IMG/VR virus record: IMGVR_UViG_3300021255_002056
Location: 1-64,000 of that record
Direction: 5' to 3' (one strand)
Length of the DNA stretch: 64,000 bases
Origin: a virus
Lineage: Duplodnaviria; Caudoviricetes
In this document: piece by piece, positions 47,726-57,527 of the stretch
How positions within the stretch are numbered: position 1 is the stretch's first letter
How the letters are laid out: each line of letters begins with the position of its first letter
Notes under the pieces: model-generated
Database searches by the model: none
What the model was told of the DNA's origin: nothing
Seen by the model: only the letters and a program-made list of their open reading frames with translations
Made by a program: the position numbers and the translations under genes

Positions 47726-49558
47726 CTATTCTCCAGTAGTACCGTCAGCTGCTTTCAGAACGATAGCAGAGTGAGGAAGTACTAAAGCACCAGAGCAACG
47801 AGTTTCAATCAAATACTTCATCTTGTTGTAGTCGATATCGAAATCGTCGAACAGAGATACTTCGCCACCCTTGTTCATACCAACATTGTAGTCGTTCAGA
47901 TCGAGAGCAACAGCGTAAACATCTTCTGGCATAACGCTAGTCGGAACCTTGACAACACGGTCAACAGACATTGCAGAAGCAACTTCATTCATGCCTTTGT
48001 AAAGTCTCTGACCAATCTTATCTTCCATTAACAGAATGTCAGAAACGATATCAGTCCTAACGAATGCAGTGATGTTACCAGAACCCTCATAGTCGTCAAG
48101 AGACTTAACCATCTGATTAGTAACAGCATGAGCTAATGTTTCATCATCCTTAGGCGTAACGGTATATGCCATTGCATAAAGATTTTCTTCTGTATCCTTA
48201 ACAACTGGGATAATGTTTTGTTCATTGATCTTATCAGGATCAGTAGTAGATCTGCCATCACCGAAAATATAAGCACGTGCCCTTTCTTCATCAAGCTTCA
48301 TGCGCATTTCTTTCTTGACCCAAGCGATCATATCAATATCAGTGATATCGATGACATCGTCACGGTCAAAGCTCTGAAGCTTGTAAATAGTTGTCGGATC
48401 AACTTTTCTCTTTAAGAGTTTGAAGACTTCTTCGACCTTCTTAGTACCCTTAACATAACCCTTAGCTCTAGCTGTAGCAGGAGTAATGTCAGCGTGCGTC
48501 ATCTTGATCTTAGCGAACGGAGTCTTATGCACACCATTGTTGATTACAGAAATCCATCCATTAGGAATAGTGTTTACAAACGGAATATCGTTCGAAACAT
48601 TTCTATATTCCGGTGCCAAATAGTCAAGATGCTCAACACTATGAACAAGAACTTCTTCATTGTTCAGTCCATGAGCTAATAAAGATTCCTTAACAGAACC
48701 GTATCTCTTTGCATCCTGCAAAGCGCTCATAATTTCAGCAGACATGCCATCGTTTTCGATGACTTCTTCATTGTCAAACGCGTTATGCTTCATTTCTTTT
48801 TCCTCTTCTTCATCATCATTTTCGCCAGCAGAAGCTAAAGCTTCGCCGACAAGGTATTCAGTAACTTTTCTCTGTTCAGGCGTCATAGAATCTAAAACGT
48901 CTTTTACAGTCATATCATCTTTTTTATCAGCCATTTCTTTTTCCTCTCCGTTTTTGTCTGATTCATCAGCAGAATGAGTAAGTTCTTCTTTTCTTTCAGT
49001 TTCTTCTACCGTTTCTTTATCTTTAACTTCCTCTTTTTCTGATTCTTCAGGATCATCTACAACTTCGATTTCATCAGATTCGTCACTATGCTCGACAATT
49101 AAATCTTCGCCAGTATAGATTTCAGCTCCAACAGCTACTGGATCGTCATCAATACTGTGTGCCATCACATATTCAATCGATGCTCCAGGATTTGCTCCAG
49201 CAAGAACTAAGCTAACTTCTCTAATAACACCATGCAAAACATCACCATTAGGCGTTTGCTTCAATCCATTAGCAAAGATTGATAAGCTAGCAATGTCACC
49301 ATGCTGCAAAATAGCTTTAATCCTTTGTGATTTAGGAAGCTCATTGAAATAGCCATACGCTTTTACACCCTCATCGGAGTTCTTCAATAGCGCATGGCCT
49401 AAAATGTTGTCTGGATCATTATGCTGATGATTCCAAACAAGCGGTACGGTAACACCATCACAATCTTTGAACGCATTATGACGAATCGTTCTTCCGTCGG
49501 AGCATTTTAAATCGTTTCTAGTGGCCCAACCCCAAAAATCGTAATCTTTTTTAGCCAT
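47726..49558 (-). CDS. fused HK97-type prohead protease - scaffold - major capsid protein
   Basis: DF.GWAT...LVWNHQH...LSIFA...REVSLV..GANPGA protease; acidic linker; capsid C-half (FDDFDIDYNKMKYLIETRCSGAL). Confidence 0.88.
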   Translation of the reverse strand: MAKKDYDFWGWATRNDLKCSDGRTIRHNAFKDCDGVTVPLVWNHQHNDPDNILGHALLKNSDEGVKAYGYFNELPKSQRIKAILQHGDIASLSIFANGLKQTPNGDVLHGVIREVSLVLAGANPGASIEYVMAHSIDDDPVAVGAEIYTGEDLIVEHSDESDEIEVVDDPEESEKEEVKDKETVEETERKEELTHSADESDKNGEEKEMADKKDDMTVKDVLDSMTPEQRKVTEYLVGEALASAGENDDEEEEKEMKHNAFDNEEVIENDGMSAEIMSALQDAKRYGSVKESLLAHGLNNEEVLVHSVEHLDYLAPEYRNVSNDIPFVNTIPNGWISVINNGVHKTPFAKIKMTHADITPATARAKGYVKGTKKVEEVFKLLKRKVDPTTIYKLQSFDRDDVIDITDIDMIAWVKKEMRMKLDEERARAYIFGDGRSTTDPDKINEQNIIPVVKDTEENLYAMAYTVTPKDDETLAHAVTNQMVKSLDDYEGSGNITAFVRTDIVSDILLMEDKIGQRLYKGMNEVASAMSVDRVVKVPTSVMPEDVYAVALDLNDYNVGMNKGGEVSLFDDFDIDYNKMKYLIETRCSGALVLPHSAIVLKAADGTTGE

Positions 49559-49579
49559 TTTGAATTTTTACTCCTTTGT

Positions 49580-50878
49580 TTAAATCTCAGATATTTTTAA
49601 TTCACCCAAGCTTTGATTTTCATTGCCATTGGATTGCCCTTCACTTTCCTCAGGAACAGTATCTGCGACATTCGGGAAATTATCGCCAGTTGCCTGGTTA
49701 ATGTTCTTATTTCTAAGTTCATTAGCTCTTGGATCGTCTGACGGAAGTAACCCAACTACCTGCCTGAATTCATTAGAAGACATAATTTCATTTCTCGTAA
49801 ACTTATCAGCTAACTCAGCAAGTTTAGATGTTGGCACAAGCTTGAATGGATCCCTAAAGAACGCTATTGACTGATGCTGTGTAATCGCGGTCTTTGTTAG
49901 AAACTTTCGTTTCATTTCATCTGCAATAGCTGAAACAATAGGCTCAATAGTTCGCGAGTAGTAATTGATCATAGTTTGCTCGTCAGCTGTTCCGTCAAGT
50001 ATCGCCGTAGTGATTCCTAACTGCCCGTATAAGATGTTTGTCAAGTATTCAATACGTGATAAAAGATCGTTCTCCAACGGACGATTCAACTGTGTGATCT
50101 TTTCTGTTGCGTCGACATATGCTATACCGTATTTACTTCCGGTAAGCTGCATCTCAATGTCTTTACGACGTTGCTCTGCTTGCTGCCTTTTTGTTTCAGT
50201 TTTAACTAAATAAGGCAACTGAATAATCATATCCAGTTTACCCGATCCGCTTTGTTCATCTACAATGTCCATTAACGTTAAAGTACGAATTAATCGCTGC
50301 AACGTTGAGTTTGGCTCATTCATTATTGAATATAGCGGATTTTCAATGATTGCAACGTTCTTTTTAGCAAACCATAATTCCTCATGACCGCCAGTTCGAT
50401 CGTTGTAAACATTGACCTTTACATTGTCGGGAGACCAACCAACGATCTTCCCGACACGTAAAGAGAGTATATCAAAAGACCCCTTATCGGGATCTATTGA
50501 TGTATCGATTGGTACAATTGCTATTGTGCCTTCATCAAACATTGACATAACAATATCTTGAATAAAAGCTCGTCCGGTCTGATCTTTATTTGCCGAAATT
50601 GATAAGCAATCGTTTAATCTTGAATCCATCTTGCTTACAAAGTAGCCATTAGCATCAAGCTTTACATGCTCGAATCTAATCTGCGCTACATCCAAAGCAA
50701 TACGGTTATAGATAGATGTGACTATAGTCCTCTCGTTTCCTCGAGACAATCTATGCCGATATGGATTGTATGATGAATAGGAAACCTGACCATAATCATA
50801 CATGTAAGGTTCAGGAGTCGGATCCCTATTCATGAAGGCGTTCCATGCGTGGATTAGCCTATCGCCGAATTTTGGCAT
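49580..50878 (-). CDS. portal protein
   Basis: IYNRIALDVA...ANKDQTGRAFIQD...NEIMSSNEFR motifs. Confidence 0.9.
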   Translation of the reverse strand: MPKFGDRLIHAWNAFMNRDPTPEPYMYDYGQVSYSSYNPYRHRLSRGNERTIVTSIYNRIALDVAQIRFEHVKLDANGYFVSKMDSRLNDCLSISANKDQTGRAFIQDIVMSMFDEGTIAIVPIDTSIDPDKGSFDILSLRVGKIVGWSPDNVKVNVYNDRTGGHEELWFAKKNVAIIENPLYSIMNEPNSTLQRLIRTLTLMDIVDEQSGSGKLDMIIQLPYLVKTETKRQQAEQRRKDIEMQLTGSKYGIAYVDATEKITQLNRPLENDLLSRIEYLTNILYGQLGITTAILDGTADEQTMINYYSRTIEPIVSAIADEMKRKFLTKTAITQHQSIAFFRDPFKLVPTSKLAELADKFTRNEIMSSNEFRQVVGLLPSDDPRANELRNKNINQATGDNFPNVADTVPEESEGQSNGNENQSLGELKISEI

Positions 50879-50903
50879 TTAGGGCTTACCTCCTCTTAAA
50901 AAT

Positions 50904-51314
50904 TTAATTTGTAGAACCTAACTGACTAATTAGAGACTCAATTACTCGCCTCTCACTTTCACTCTTGGCTCCATCCATCATAGTGCTCTCAAGTTGAGCA
51001 ATCATTCTATCTTTTACACTATGACCGCTATAGCCTCTGTCTATTGAATAATCATAAGATCTATCTGGATAATAATCACGGTATGAATTTCCATTATTCA
51101 TGTTATTATATCGTCCATAATACCTATTGGATCTCATACTATCCATAGAATATGAAGCATCTGAATCATGTTCTTCCACCATTTTGATTTTTTCTAAAAG
51201 ACAAACTGCTTTCGTTGCCATTTCTAATTCAGCAGGTGTAAGATCATTCTTTGCAGTAATTCTATCAAGCTCTTTTCCGACAAGTTTGCTGAGCTTTTCT
51301 AATGATTCATCCAT
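50904..51314 (-). CDS. helical protein with Y/D/S/R-rich low-complexity linker (cassette gene 6)
   Basis: ORF track. Confidence 0.6.
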   Translation of the reverse strand: MDESLEKLSKLVGKELDRITAKNDLTPAELEMATKAVCLLEKIKMVEEHDSDASYSMDSMRSNRYYGRYNNMNNGNSYRDYYPDRSYDYSIDRGYSGHSVKDRMIAQLESTMMDGAKSESERRVIESLISQLGSTN

Positions 51315-51328
51315 TGTTCCACTCCTCC

Positions 51329-51793
51329 TTATCGGCTAATAACAAGATCTGGCCTCGTTAAAATAATATTAGCGTTTTCAACCAATACTGCTTGTGAACT
51401 AGTGTTCACAACAGAAACGTTTTCACAGCAGCCATTCCATACTTCAACATTAATAGCTCTACTAACATTGAAATATGCATTAGCTTCAGTTGGTGTAACT
51501 ACCATTTCACTTGCAGGAATAATTGAACCATCAATAGACAACGCTAAAGAAATAGGTTCGACTGTTCCGCCTTCAGGAATTGCAATATTTGCACCAAAAT
51601 CAACTAAATACTGGGCCTCTTGTTTCTTGCAACAGCATCCGCATCTATTCGGTGTCCAGCCACTCAATAAGAAATTTCCAGAACCATCTCTATGTCGGAC
51701 GAATCCTCTAGTGCATGGCACTGGTGCGTCTGTAAAAACTACGACTCCTCCTTGAGCGACGGTCTGCGTGGCATTTGCACTGTATTCAGCCAT
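51329..51793 (-). CDS. BclA-C/C1q-like beta-sandwich protein (cassette gene 5)
   Basis: QTVAQGGVVVF...HRDGSGNF.L...YLVDFGANI...VSVVNTS..AV.V.NANI. Confidence 0.5.
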   Translation of the reverse strand: MAEYSANATQTVAQGGVVVFTDAPVPCTRGFVRHRDGSGNFLLSGWTPNRCGCCCKKQEAQYLVDFGANIAIPEGGTVEPISLALSIDGSIIPASEMVVTPTEANAYFNVSRAINVEVWNGCCENVSVVNTSSQAVLVENANIILTRPDLVISR

Positions 51794-51803
51794 ATGCCAC
51801 CTC

Positions 51804-52481
51804 CTAGTTGCAGCCGCAGTTGCCCCAACCAGAATTACAGCAATTTGGATTTGGTACAGTGTAAGCAGGGATCGGTGTAGGATTCAAATACTGTTCTAAC
51901 GCCTGAGTCTGAGCAGCATTATTAGCTAAAATCTGAGCTGTCTGAGCATTCTGAGATGCTGCAAGAGCCTGCATATTAAGCTGAGTCCTAAGCTGAGCAA
52001 TAGTTTCATTCTTAGCTTCGATTTCCTGCTGGCACATCTTATCAAGAATAGCCTGAGTATTAGCTGTGTTAGACGCAATAACATCTCTAAGAGCTTCGGT
52101 TAATGCGTTCCTATCCGCACAGTTCTCTGTAGCAACAGTGTATTTAATATCAGCAAGATTAGACGTAATGCCATTTAAAGCCTGAAGAGTATTCATATTG
52201 CCATTGCAACGTGAAACTTCGGCATTAGCAAATCCAGTAGATACAGCTGAAGTGAGACCATTAATACCGCTCATAACTGCCTGCTGATCAAAACCTTTTT
52301 GCATACCGCCATCTCCATATCCTCCGCGACCAAAAGTATTTCCGTTCATCATGAACAGGAATAATACTAAAAGCCACCAAGCTCCATCACCATTAAATCC
52401 AAAACCATTTCCATTGTTACCGCCAGTTACAGCTGCAACATCTGCTGCAGATAAACCAGAACCGTAATCAGTAAGCGCCAT
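51804..52481 (-). CDS. spore-coat-like protein (G/N-rich, W-rich TM, coiled coil, Cys-rich tail; cassette gene 4)
   Basis: GNGFGFNGDGAWWLLVLFLF...ENCADR...CCNSGWGNCGCN. Confidence 0.5.
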   Translation of the reverse strand: MALTDYGSGLSAADVAAVTGGNNGNGFGFNGDGAWWLLVLFLFMMNGNTFGRGGYGDGGMQKGFDQQAVMSGINGLTSAVSTGFANAEVSRCNGNMNTLQALNGITSNLADIKYTVATENCADRNALTEALRDVIASNTANTQAILDKMCQQEIEAKNETIAQLRTQLNMQALAASQNAQTAQILANNAAQTQALEQYLNPTPIPAYTVPNPNCCNSGWGNCGCN

Positions 52482-52513
52482 AGTGCGAATTTTACCTCCT
52501 TAATAATTATCTT

Positions 52514-52711
52514 CTAATAATTTCGCCCAGTAATAAGATTTGCGATTTCTCTAAGCTGATTAAACTCTTGCTGGGTCATCTGGCCAGAATTAAGAAGCTC
52601 CTGCACCTTTTGCTGCGGGGTCACATTCTGATTCTGACTTTGATATTGCTGAGCAAAATCATTAAAATTCTTCATTAACTGACCTAAATTATTTAACATC
52701 GGATTTATCAT
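52514..52711 (-). CDS. small Q/N-rich protein (cassette gene 3)
   Basis: PQQKVQELLNSGQMTQQEFNQL. Confidence 0.6.
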   Translation of the reverse strand: MINPMLNNLGQLMKNFNDFAQQYQSQNQNVTPQQKVQELLNSGQMTQQEFNQLREIANLITGRNY

Positions 52712-53111
52712 TTAAAGGTCCTTTCTTAGCTTTATAAAGCTGATTTCTGATTCCTTGAAATTGATTATCCAAGTATGTCTTTAAGTCATCAAGTTCCTTC
52801 TTAGTTACAAAGTAACTTTCTGAAGGATTAGCCTCTACTTTTGGGGTTGTTTCAGTAAATGAAAACGATCTCAAAAGCTGAGGAGTACCATTAGCAGCTG
52901 TTGATTTGATCCAAAATTGATTGGAATTCAAGTCCATTAAATACACGGTATTTCCTGCTGCAACCGGATAGTTGTTTGCTCCTGCTTCTCCGCTTACAAA
53001 AACTATAGTTGGTGGAACAGAATTATACGGTTGGAAACCACTAGTATTTAAGTTAGTACTGCCATAGGCATTAGGTGTTGGCTGAGTATAATTTGGATTA
53101 TAATAAGCCAT
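52689..53111 (-). CDS. hypothetical protein (cassette gene 2)
   Basis: VSGEAGA..YPVAAG.TV.LMD...FWIKS; start corrected. Confidence 0.6.
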   Translation of the reverse strand: MAYYNPNYTQPTPNAYGSTNLNTSGFQPYNSVPPTIVFVSGEAGANNYPVAAGNTVYLMDLNSNQFWIKSTAANGTPQLLRSFSFTETTPKVEANPSESYFVTKKELDDLKTYLDNQFQGIRNQLYKAKKGPLNDKSDVK

Positions 53112-53113
53112 TT

Positions 53114-53497
53114 TTATCTCTCCTTTCTCCAATAATAAATAGGAACTTCATCTCCGGAATCCCATGCATCATAGTAAAAACCATCTTTTACAGCCACCAC
53201 ATGCTCTCCTGTGGCTAAAAGAAAAGTTCCGTTTGGATTATCCTCGCAGAACTGTTTTACTGTGTAACAATCTGGACAGGTATTTGAAATATTAAATCGC
53301 ATATACCCTTTTGATTTAAGATATGATCCCCATACATTATTAGCTGATGGCATATCTTTCATCTCAAATCCTTTTAACATAACTTCGGTATACGTCTTAT
53401 CCCAAGATAAATCTAGTAATATAGATAGTCCTCGAATAACGCAATCACCAACTTTTATACCTTTTGGATTTGGATTATAGAATACAAATCTCTCCAT
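53114..53497 (-). CDS. putative papain-like cysteine peptidase (cassette gene 1)
   Basis: YNPNP...GDCVIR (Cys)...HVVAV (His)...YDAWDSG. Confidence 0.55.
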   Translation of the reverse strand: MERFVFYNPNPKGIKVGDCVIRGLSILLDLSWDKTYTEVMLKGFEMKDMPSANNVWGSYLKSKGYMRFNISNTCPDCYTVKQFCEDNPNGTFLLATGEHVVAVKDGFYYDAWDSGDEVPIYYWRKER

Positions 53498-53508
53498 TTT
53501 GATTTATA

Positions 53509-54516
53509 CTAATTAAAGTGCCCGAACAAATATTGTGCTATTAATTCTGTAGAAGTATGTGTGGAATTTGCGATATTCTTAATACTTGTTCCAGAATTAA
53601 ATAACTCTCCTATTTTTTTAATTTGTTCTTTAGTTAATGTGTAACCGCTATATGTCATATCTCTTTCTTTATCTTTATTCTTATCTTTATTCTTATCTTT
53701 ATTCTTATCTTTATCTTTATTTTGTTTATTAGTTTCGTATACGTTTATGTCATTTGTTTCTTTATACTTATCATTTAAAGCTTTCGTTCTGTTATAGTCA
53801 GCTTTTTTATTTTCTATATTTGCTAAATTATTCATATACTCCGACTCTTTTTTAGCAGCCGCATACTTATCTTCTGCAGTGTCTTTTTTAGTCATATTAT
53901 TAATTGCTGCTTCGATAAGTTTCTTACCAGCATCTTGCATTGCCGGAACAACAACCTTATCCATCATTAACTTGGTAAACTGTTCACCTCTTGAAACTGG
54001 TTTTGGATCAAGTTCTTTGATTTTATTTCTAACATCAGCAGCATCTTTTTCAAGTTTTAATCTAGCAATATATTTTTCAAGCTGTTTATCAGTTAATTCT
54101 GAAATATTTTTATTTCTTGGCGAACGATTTTTTTCCGTATTAATTTTTGTGTAATCATCAACTTTCTTATTTAGCTGCTTTTTAGTGTCATTAATATCGT
54201 CTACTGTCGCTTTTTCATCAGCAGCTTTAGCCAATTTTCGTGCAGTACTAGTAATTCCCTTCAATTTTGGGGACATGGCATTATCGATCGCTTTTCTTTC
54301 AGCTCTGGTGGTTTTAATATATTTTCCATCAGCTGCTTTACGATACTTATAAACGCCACTAGATGTCATAATATACTCGCCAGATGAAAGTTTTCTATAG
54401 CGTGCTTTGCCCTCCTCGGTTAAAGAACCATCAGGATTTTGATAGCGTCGTACACCCCATTTTTGACCGAGGATTCCATGATGATACAATTCATCTTTTG
54501 TCAAATAATACTCCAT
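53509..54516 (-). CDS. LxH-leader internal virion protein
   Basis: ELYHHGILGQKWGVRRYQNPDGSLT; KDKNKD 12-bp tandem repeat near 53665-53718; C-terminal HTH-like segment. Confidence 0.7.
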   Translation of the reverse strand: MEYYLTKDELYHHGILGQKWGVRRYQNPDGSLTEEGKARYRKLSSGEYIMTSSGVYKYRKAADGKYIKTTRAERKAIDNAMSPKLKGITSTARKLAKAADEKATVDDINDTKKQLNKKVDDYTKINTEKNRSPRNKNISELTDKQLEKYIARLKLEKDAADVRNKIKELDPKPVSRGEQFTKLMMDKVVVPAMQDAGKKLIEAAINNMTKKDTAEDKYAAAKKESEYMNNLANIENKKADYNRTKALNDKYKETNDINVYETNKQNKDKDKNKDKNKDKNKDKERDMTYSGYTLTKEQIKKIGELFNSGTSIKNIANSTHTSTELIAQYLFGHFN

Positions 54517-54531
54517 TTTGAATCCTCCAGA

Positions 54532-55110
54532 TTACTGATTGCGTTGATGAGAATATTTATCTTCCAAATAATCTGCAAAGCTGTCCCAACCGGTTTCCCC
54601 TCCGTAAAGAACTATAGTATTAACTGCATAGTTGCTATATTCTCTTAATAATGATTGAAGCGAAGAACTATCTTTTGGCGTAATGGAATCTAATTCCATA
54701 TCATATTTACGCAAAATAGCATTTATCTTGTCTAGTTTTGCTTGAAGTTTTCTTGTCTTTGAACTTAAACTATTTGCTTTGATCTCAGCTCTTCTAGCTT
54801 TTTCTTCAAGCTTTGCTGCTTTTTCTTTGGATGTAAACAGTCCAGTTTCTTTTTTTCTAAGTTTCGCAGCTTTATTCTCAAGCTTAGCTATCTTAGTTCC
54901 ATGCTTTTGTGTTTCTTTATCTATCTCGGATTGTATGTCTTTGGCTTTTTTTACATAATTATCATATTCGCCTCTTAACTCGGCGTAACGAATTTTGCCT
55001 TCTGGAGTTAATGAGCCATCCGGATTCTGATAACGACGAATTCCCCATTTTTGTCCGAGAATTCCATGATGCTCTAAATAATCTTGCTTAGTTAAATAAT
55101 ATTCGCTCAT
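54532..55110 (-). CDS. LxH-leader internal virion protein, coiled coil
   Basis: YLEHHGILGQKWGIRRYQNPDGSLT; start corrected to MSEYY. Confidence 0.7.
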   Translation of the reverse strand: MSEYYLTKQDYLEHHGILGQKWGIRRYQNPDGSLTPEGKIRYAELRGEYDNYVKKAKDIQSEIDKETQKHGTKIAKLENKAAKLRKKETGLFTSKEKAAKLEEKARRAEIKANSLSSKTRKLQAKLDKINAILRKYDMELDSITPKDSSSLQSLLREYSNYAVNTIVLYGGETGWDSFADYLEDKYSHQRNQ

Positions 55111-55114
55111 AATA

Positions 55115-55366
55115 TTAGTCCTCCAATAAACTAATAGATAGTTCTTTTCCACCTATAAATTCTTCATATGAAATCATAGTTGGAGAAAAAACACTTACCC
55201 TACCAGTTTTCTTTTCAACTCCAACCAAACTATCCAATTCATTTTCGTTAGGATCGAGACGGTAATCAAACACAAAATATGATTCGTATTCAATTAAATT
55301 GCACAATGTCAGTCCTTCAGAAAAATCTGATTCTTTCACAATTTTATATGCTTCTTTTAATGTCAT
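55115..55366 (-). CDS. putative immunity protein (Imm35/YrhB-like) for the upstream papain toxin
   Basis: 83 aa acidic protein; EY..YFVF.Y......V.VEKKTG.V; directly downstream of the toxin. Confidence 0.55.
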   Translation of the reverse strand: MTLKEAYKIVKESDFSEGLTLCNLIEYESYFVFDYRLDPNENELDSLVGVEKKTGRVSVFSPTMISYEEFIGGKELSISLLED

Positions 55367-55382
55367 ATTTTTCTCCTAACGC

Positions 55383-57209
55383 TTAATGACGCAATTTTTT
55401 AGCATACTCAAGATCATCAACCCAATCCATGTAATCATCAATTTCAGATTGTGCTCCATATGCATCAAGAGTATCTATAATTTCTTCGCAAATATCTTCA
55501 AGCTCGCTATATGTCATAGACATTTTATTCTTTCCAGCAGGATGCAAAAGTTCATTTTTACTGATTTTGTTTTCTTCCAAAGCTTTGGTGTAATAGTTAT
55601 ACATATTTAAATAAACCCAAGCAATTTGCTCATTTTTATCAGCTGTATAATTACCATGATCAGCAATATCCGTAGGACATGTAACAAATGAAATTCTTTC
55701 AGTGTCTACTTCAAGATTATCCGTTCTTAGTAAATAAACTCCTGAAAGACCCGTTTTTTCTTTATTAGTTTTGTCCATGGCAGTTGTTTTAACCAAATAT
55801 TCAGTAATGTCTATTTCATGATCAGGGTTGCCAATTCTTTTTTCATCCGGTTGAGTATCAATAAATGTAACTACGCCATTATGAACTTCGTAATTAAATA
55901 TGTGAGCACTAGACGGATACCAGTCAACACTTATAAAACCGGTTGAATCTTTTCCATTAGATTTTTTAAGTATTTTGGAAATTAAAGAATCTTTAAGTTT
56001 TCCAGCAACTTCGTAATCTTGTTCTTTATTCTTATATGGCTTATAAGTATCATCTAAAGTCTTATAAACATCTGAAAAATCTAAATGATCAAATTTTGGA
56101 GATGTAAGACCGTTCTTTGTTTTATAAAAACTAGCTATTTCCGAAAGAGGCAATCCTTTAAAAATATTAGGTATAGCTTTTACGTCAACACCTTTTAAAC
56201 GCAGATCATAAGCTATTGAACAAGAATAGCAGTTTTTCTGAAAAAGTTCTTTATCTGATCTAAAATAAGGATTTACTGCATCTCTACTTTTTTGTATTGA
56301 AGTCTTTTCGCTTATAGGCTTAAATACTTTAGATAGATCCTTATTTTTCTCAATAAAGTCATTAAATGAGCTGTTAACGTTTTTAGCTGCATCATTTGCT
56401 TTTTTTATAAAACTATTAATAAAAGAAATACCATTTTTCGTGAATTCTTTTCTTTTATTATTAATTGAGGTTTTGGCATCGCCTATTTTATTATTAACCG
56501 TGTTTTCAATAGCATTCTTAGCATCAGAAATTGCATTCCTAGCATAGTCAGCCATATTTAATACTCTATTTTTTTCTTTATTTATTTTTGACGTGACTTT
56601 AGATTTTGTATTATCTATTGTGTCATTAACAATTGTGTTGATAGATTTAATTTTTCTATTAACTATATCTTTAGATTTTTCTACAAAATTTTTACCTTTT
56701 TCACTTTTCTTTTTATCAAGTTTTTCAATTTTTTCGCTTTTCTTTTTATCAAGTTTTTTAACTTTTTCTGAATATTTTGTAAAAGGAACTTTCTTTGAAA
56801 CTACTTCACTAGACTCATTTTGAGTCTCTTTTTTTCTAGCATTAGTCTTTGGACCAAATGCTTTTCGTTTCTCTGAATTATTTGAATCATTTTTATCTTC
56901 AGAATTTGTGTCTTTCTGACTAGATGTTTTATATGGTTTGAACAAATTAGCAAATATATTTGTAATACTATTTTTTGCTAGAACAAATGAACGTTTATTT
57001 GTAAAACCAGTTTTTCCTCTGCTATAAGCATCGTATTCAGCTTTCGTATAAAAATACTTGTATTTTGGTTTTGAATCTGAACCAAGATTTATTCTCTCAT
57101 AATATTTATGATGTTCTTTTTTACCGCCTAATTTAATTCCCCAGTGATATAATTCATTTTCCTTATGGATAGCATACTCTTGATTATGTTTTTCCATAGT
57201 GCAGTTCAT
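55383..57209 (-). CDS. LxH-leader protein with C-terminal papain-fold toxin (Tox-PL-like) domain
   Basis: ELYHWG leader; NCYSCSIAYDLRLKG...W..S.AHIFNYEV.NG....IDTQ (Cys-His-Asp). Confidence 0.75.
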   Translation of the reverse strand: MNCTMEKHNQEYAIHKENELYHWGIKLGGKKEHHKYYERINLGSDSKPKYKYFYTKAEYDAYSRGKTGFTNKRSFVLAKNSITNIFANLFKPYKTSSQKDTNSEDKNDSNNSEKRKAFGPKTNARKKETQNESSEVVSKKVPFTKYSEKVKKLDKKKSEKIEKLDKKKSEKGKNFVEKSKDIVNRKIKSINTIVNDTIDNTKSKVTSKINKEKNRVLNMADYARNAISDAKNAIENTVNNKIGDAKTSINNKRKEFTKNGISFINSFIKKANDAAKNVNSSFNDFIEKNKDLSKVFKPISEKTSIQKSRDAVNPYFRSDKELFQKNCYSCSIAYDLRLKGVDVKAIPNIFKGLPLSEIASFYKTKNGLTSPKFDHLDFSDVYKTLDDTYKPYKNKEQDYEVAGKLKDSLISKILKKSNGKDSTGFISVDWYPSSAHIFNYEVHNGVVTFIDTQPDEKRIGNPDHEIDITEYLVKTTAMDKTNKEKTGLSGVYLLRTDNLEVDTERISFVTCPTDIADHGNYTADKNEQIAWVYLNMYNYYTKALEENKISKNELLHPAGKNKMSMTYSELEDICEEIIDTLDAYGAQSEIDDYMDWVDDLEYAKKLRH

Positions 57210-57212
57210 TAT

Positions 57213-57521
57213 TTAACGTTTTTTGTTTAATAAGTCCCTTAATATATCACTGGTAGGCTTATTATACTTTTTAATTTTTATGCTAGTAGTTCTAATTCCA
57301 TTTAGCAATCTTGCTATGAATCTTTTTCCTTTATATGCAAGTCTATCTGCTCTTTTTTGAATGTCGTCTAACCCATTTTCTTTATTTGAAGAATCATCGT
57401 CTGATAATTTATCTCCATATAAATAATAGGTTTTTCCGTTTTTTACATATTTTGAAATATACTTATGCTTCTTCCATCCAGATCCTTTTGCCGAATGATA
57501 TAACTCATATCCCATAAACAC
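57213..57521 (-). CDS. small LxH-leader protein
   Basis: YELYHSAKGSGWKKHKYISK....K..Y.Y. Confidence 0.65.
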   Translation of the reverse strand: MFMGYELYHSAKGSGWKKHKYISKYVKNGKTYYLYGDKLSDDDSSNKENGLDDIQKRADRLAYKGKRFIARLLNGIRTTSIKIKKYNKPTSDILRDLLNKKR

Positions 57522-57527
57522 ATCTCC

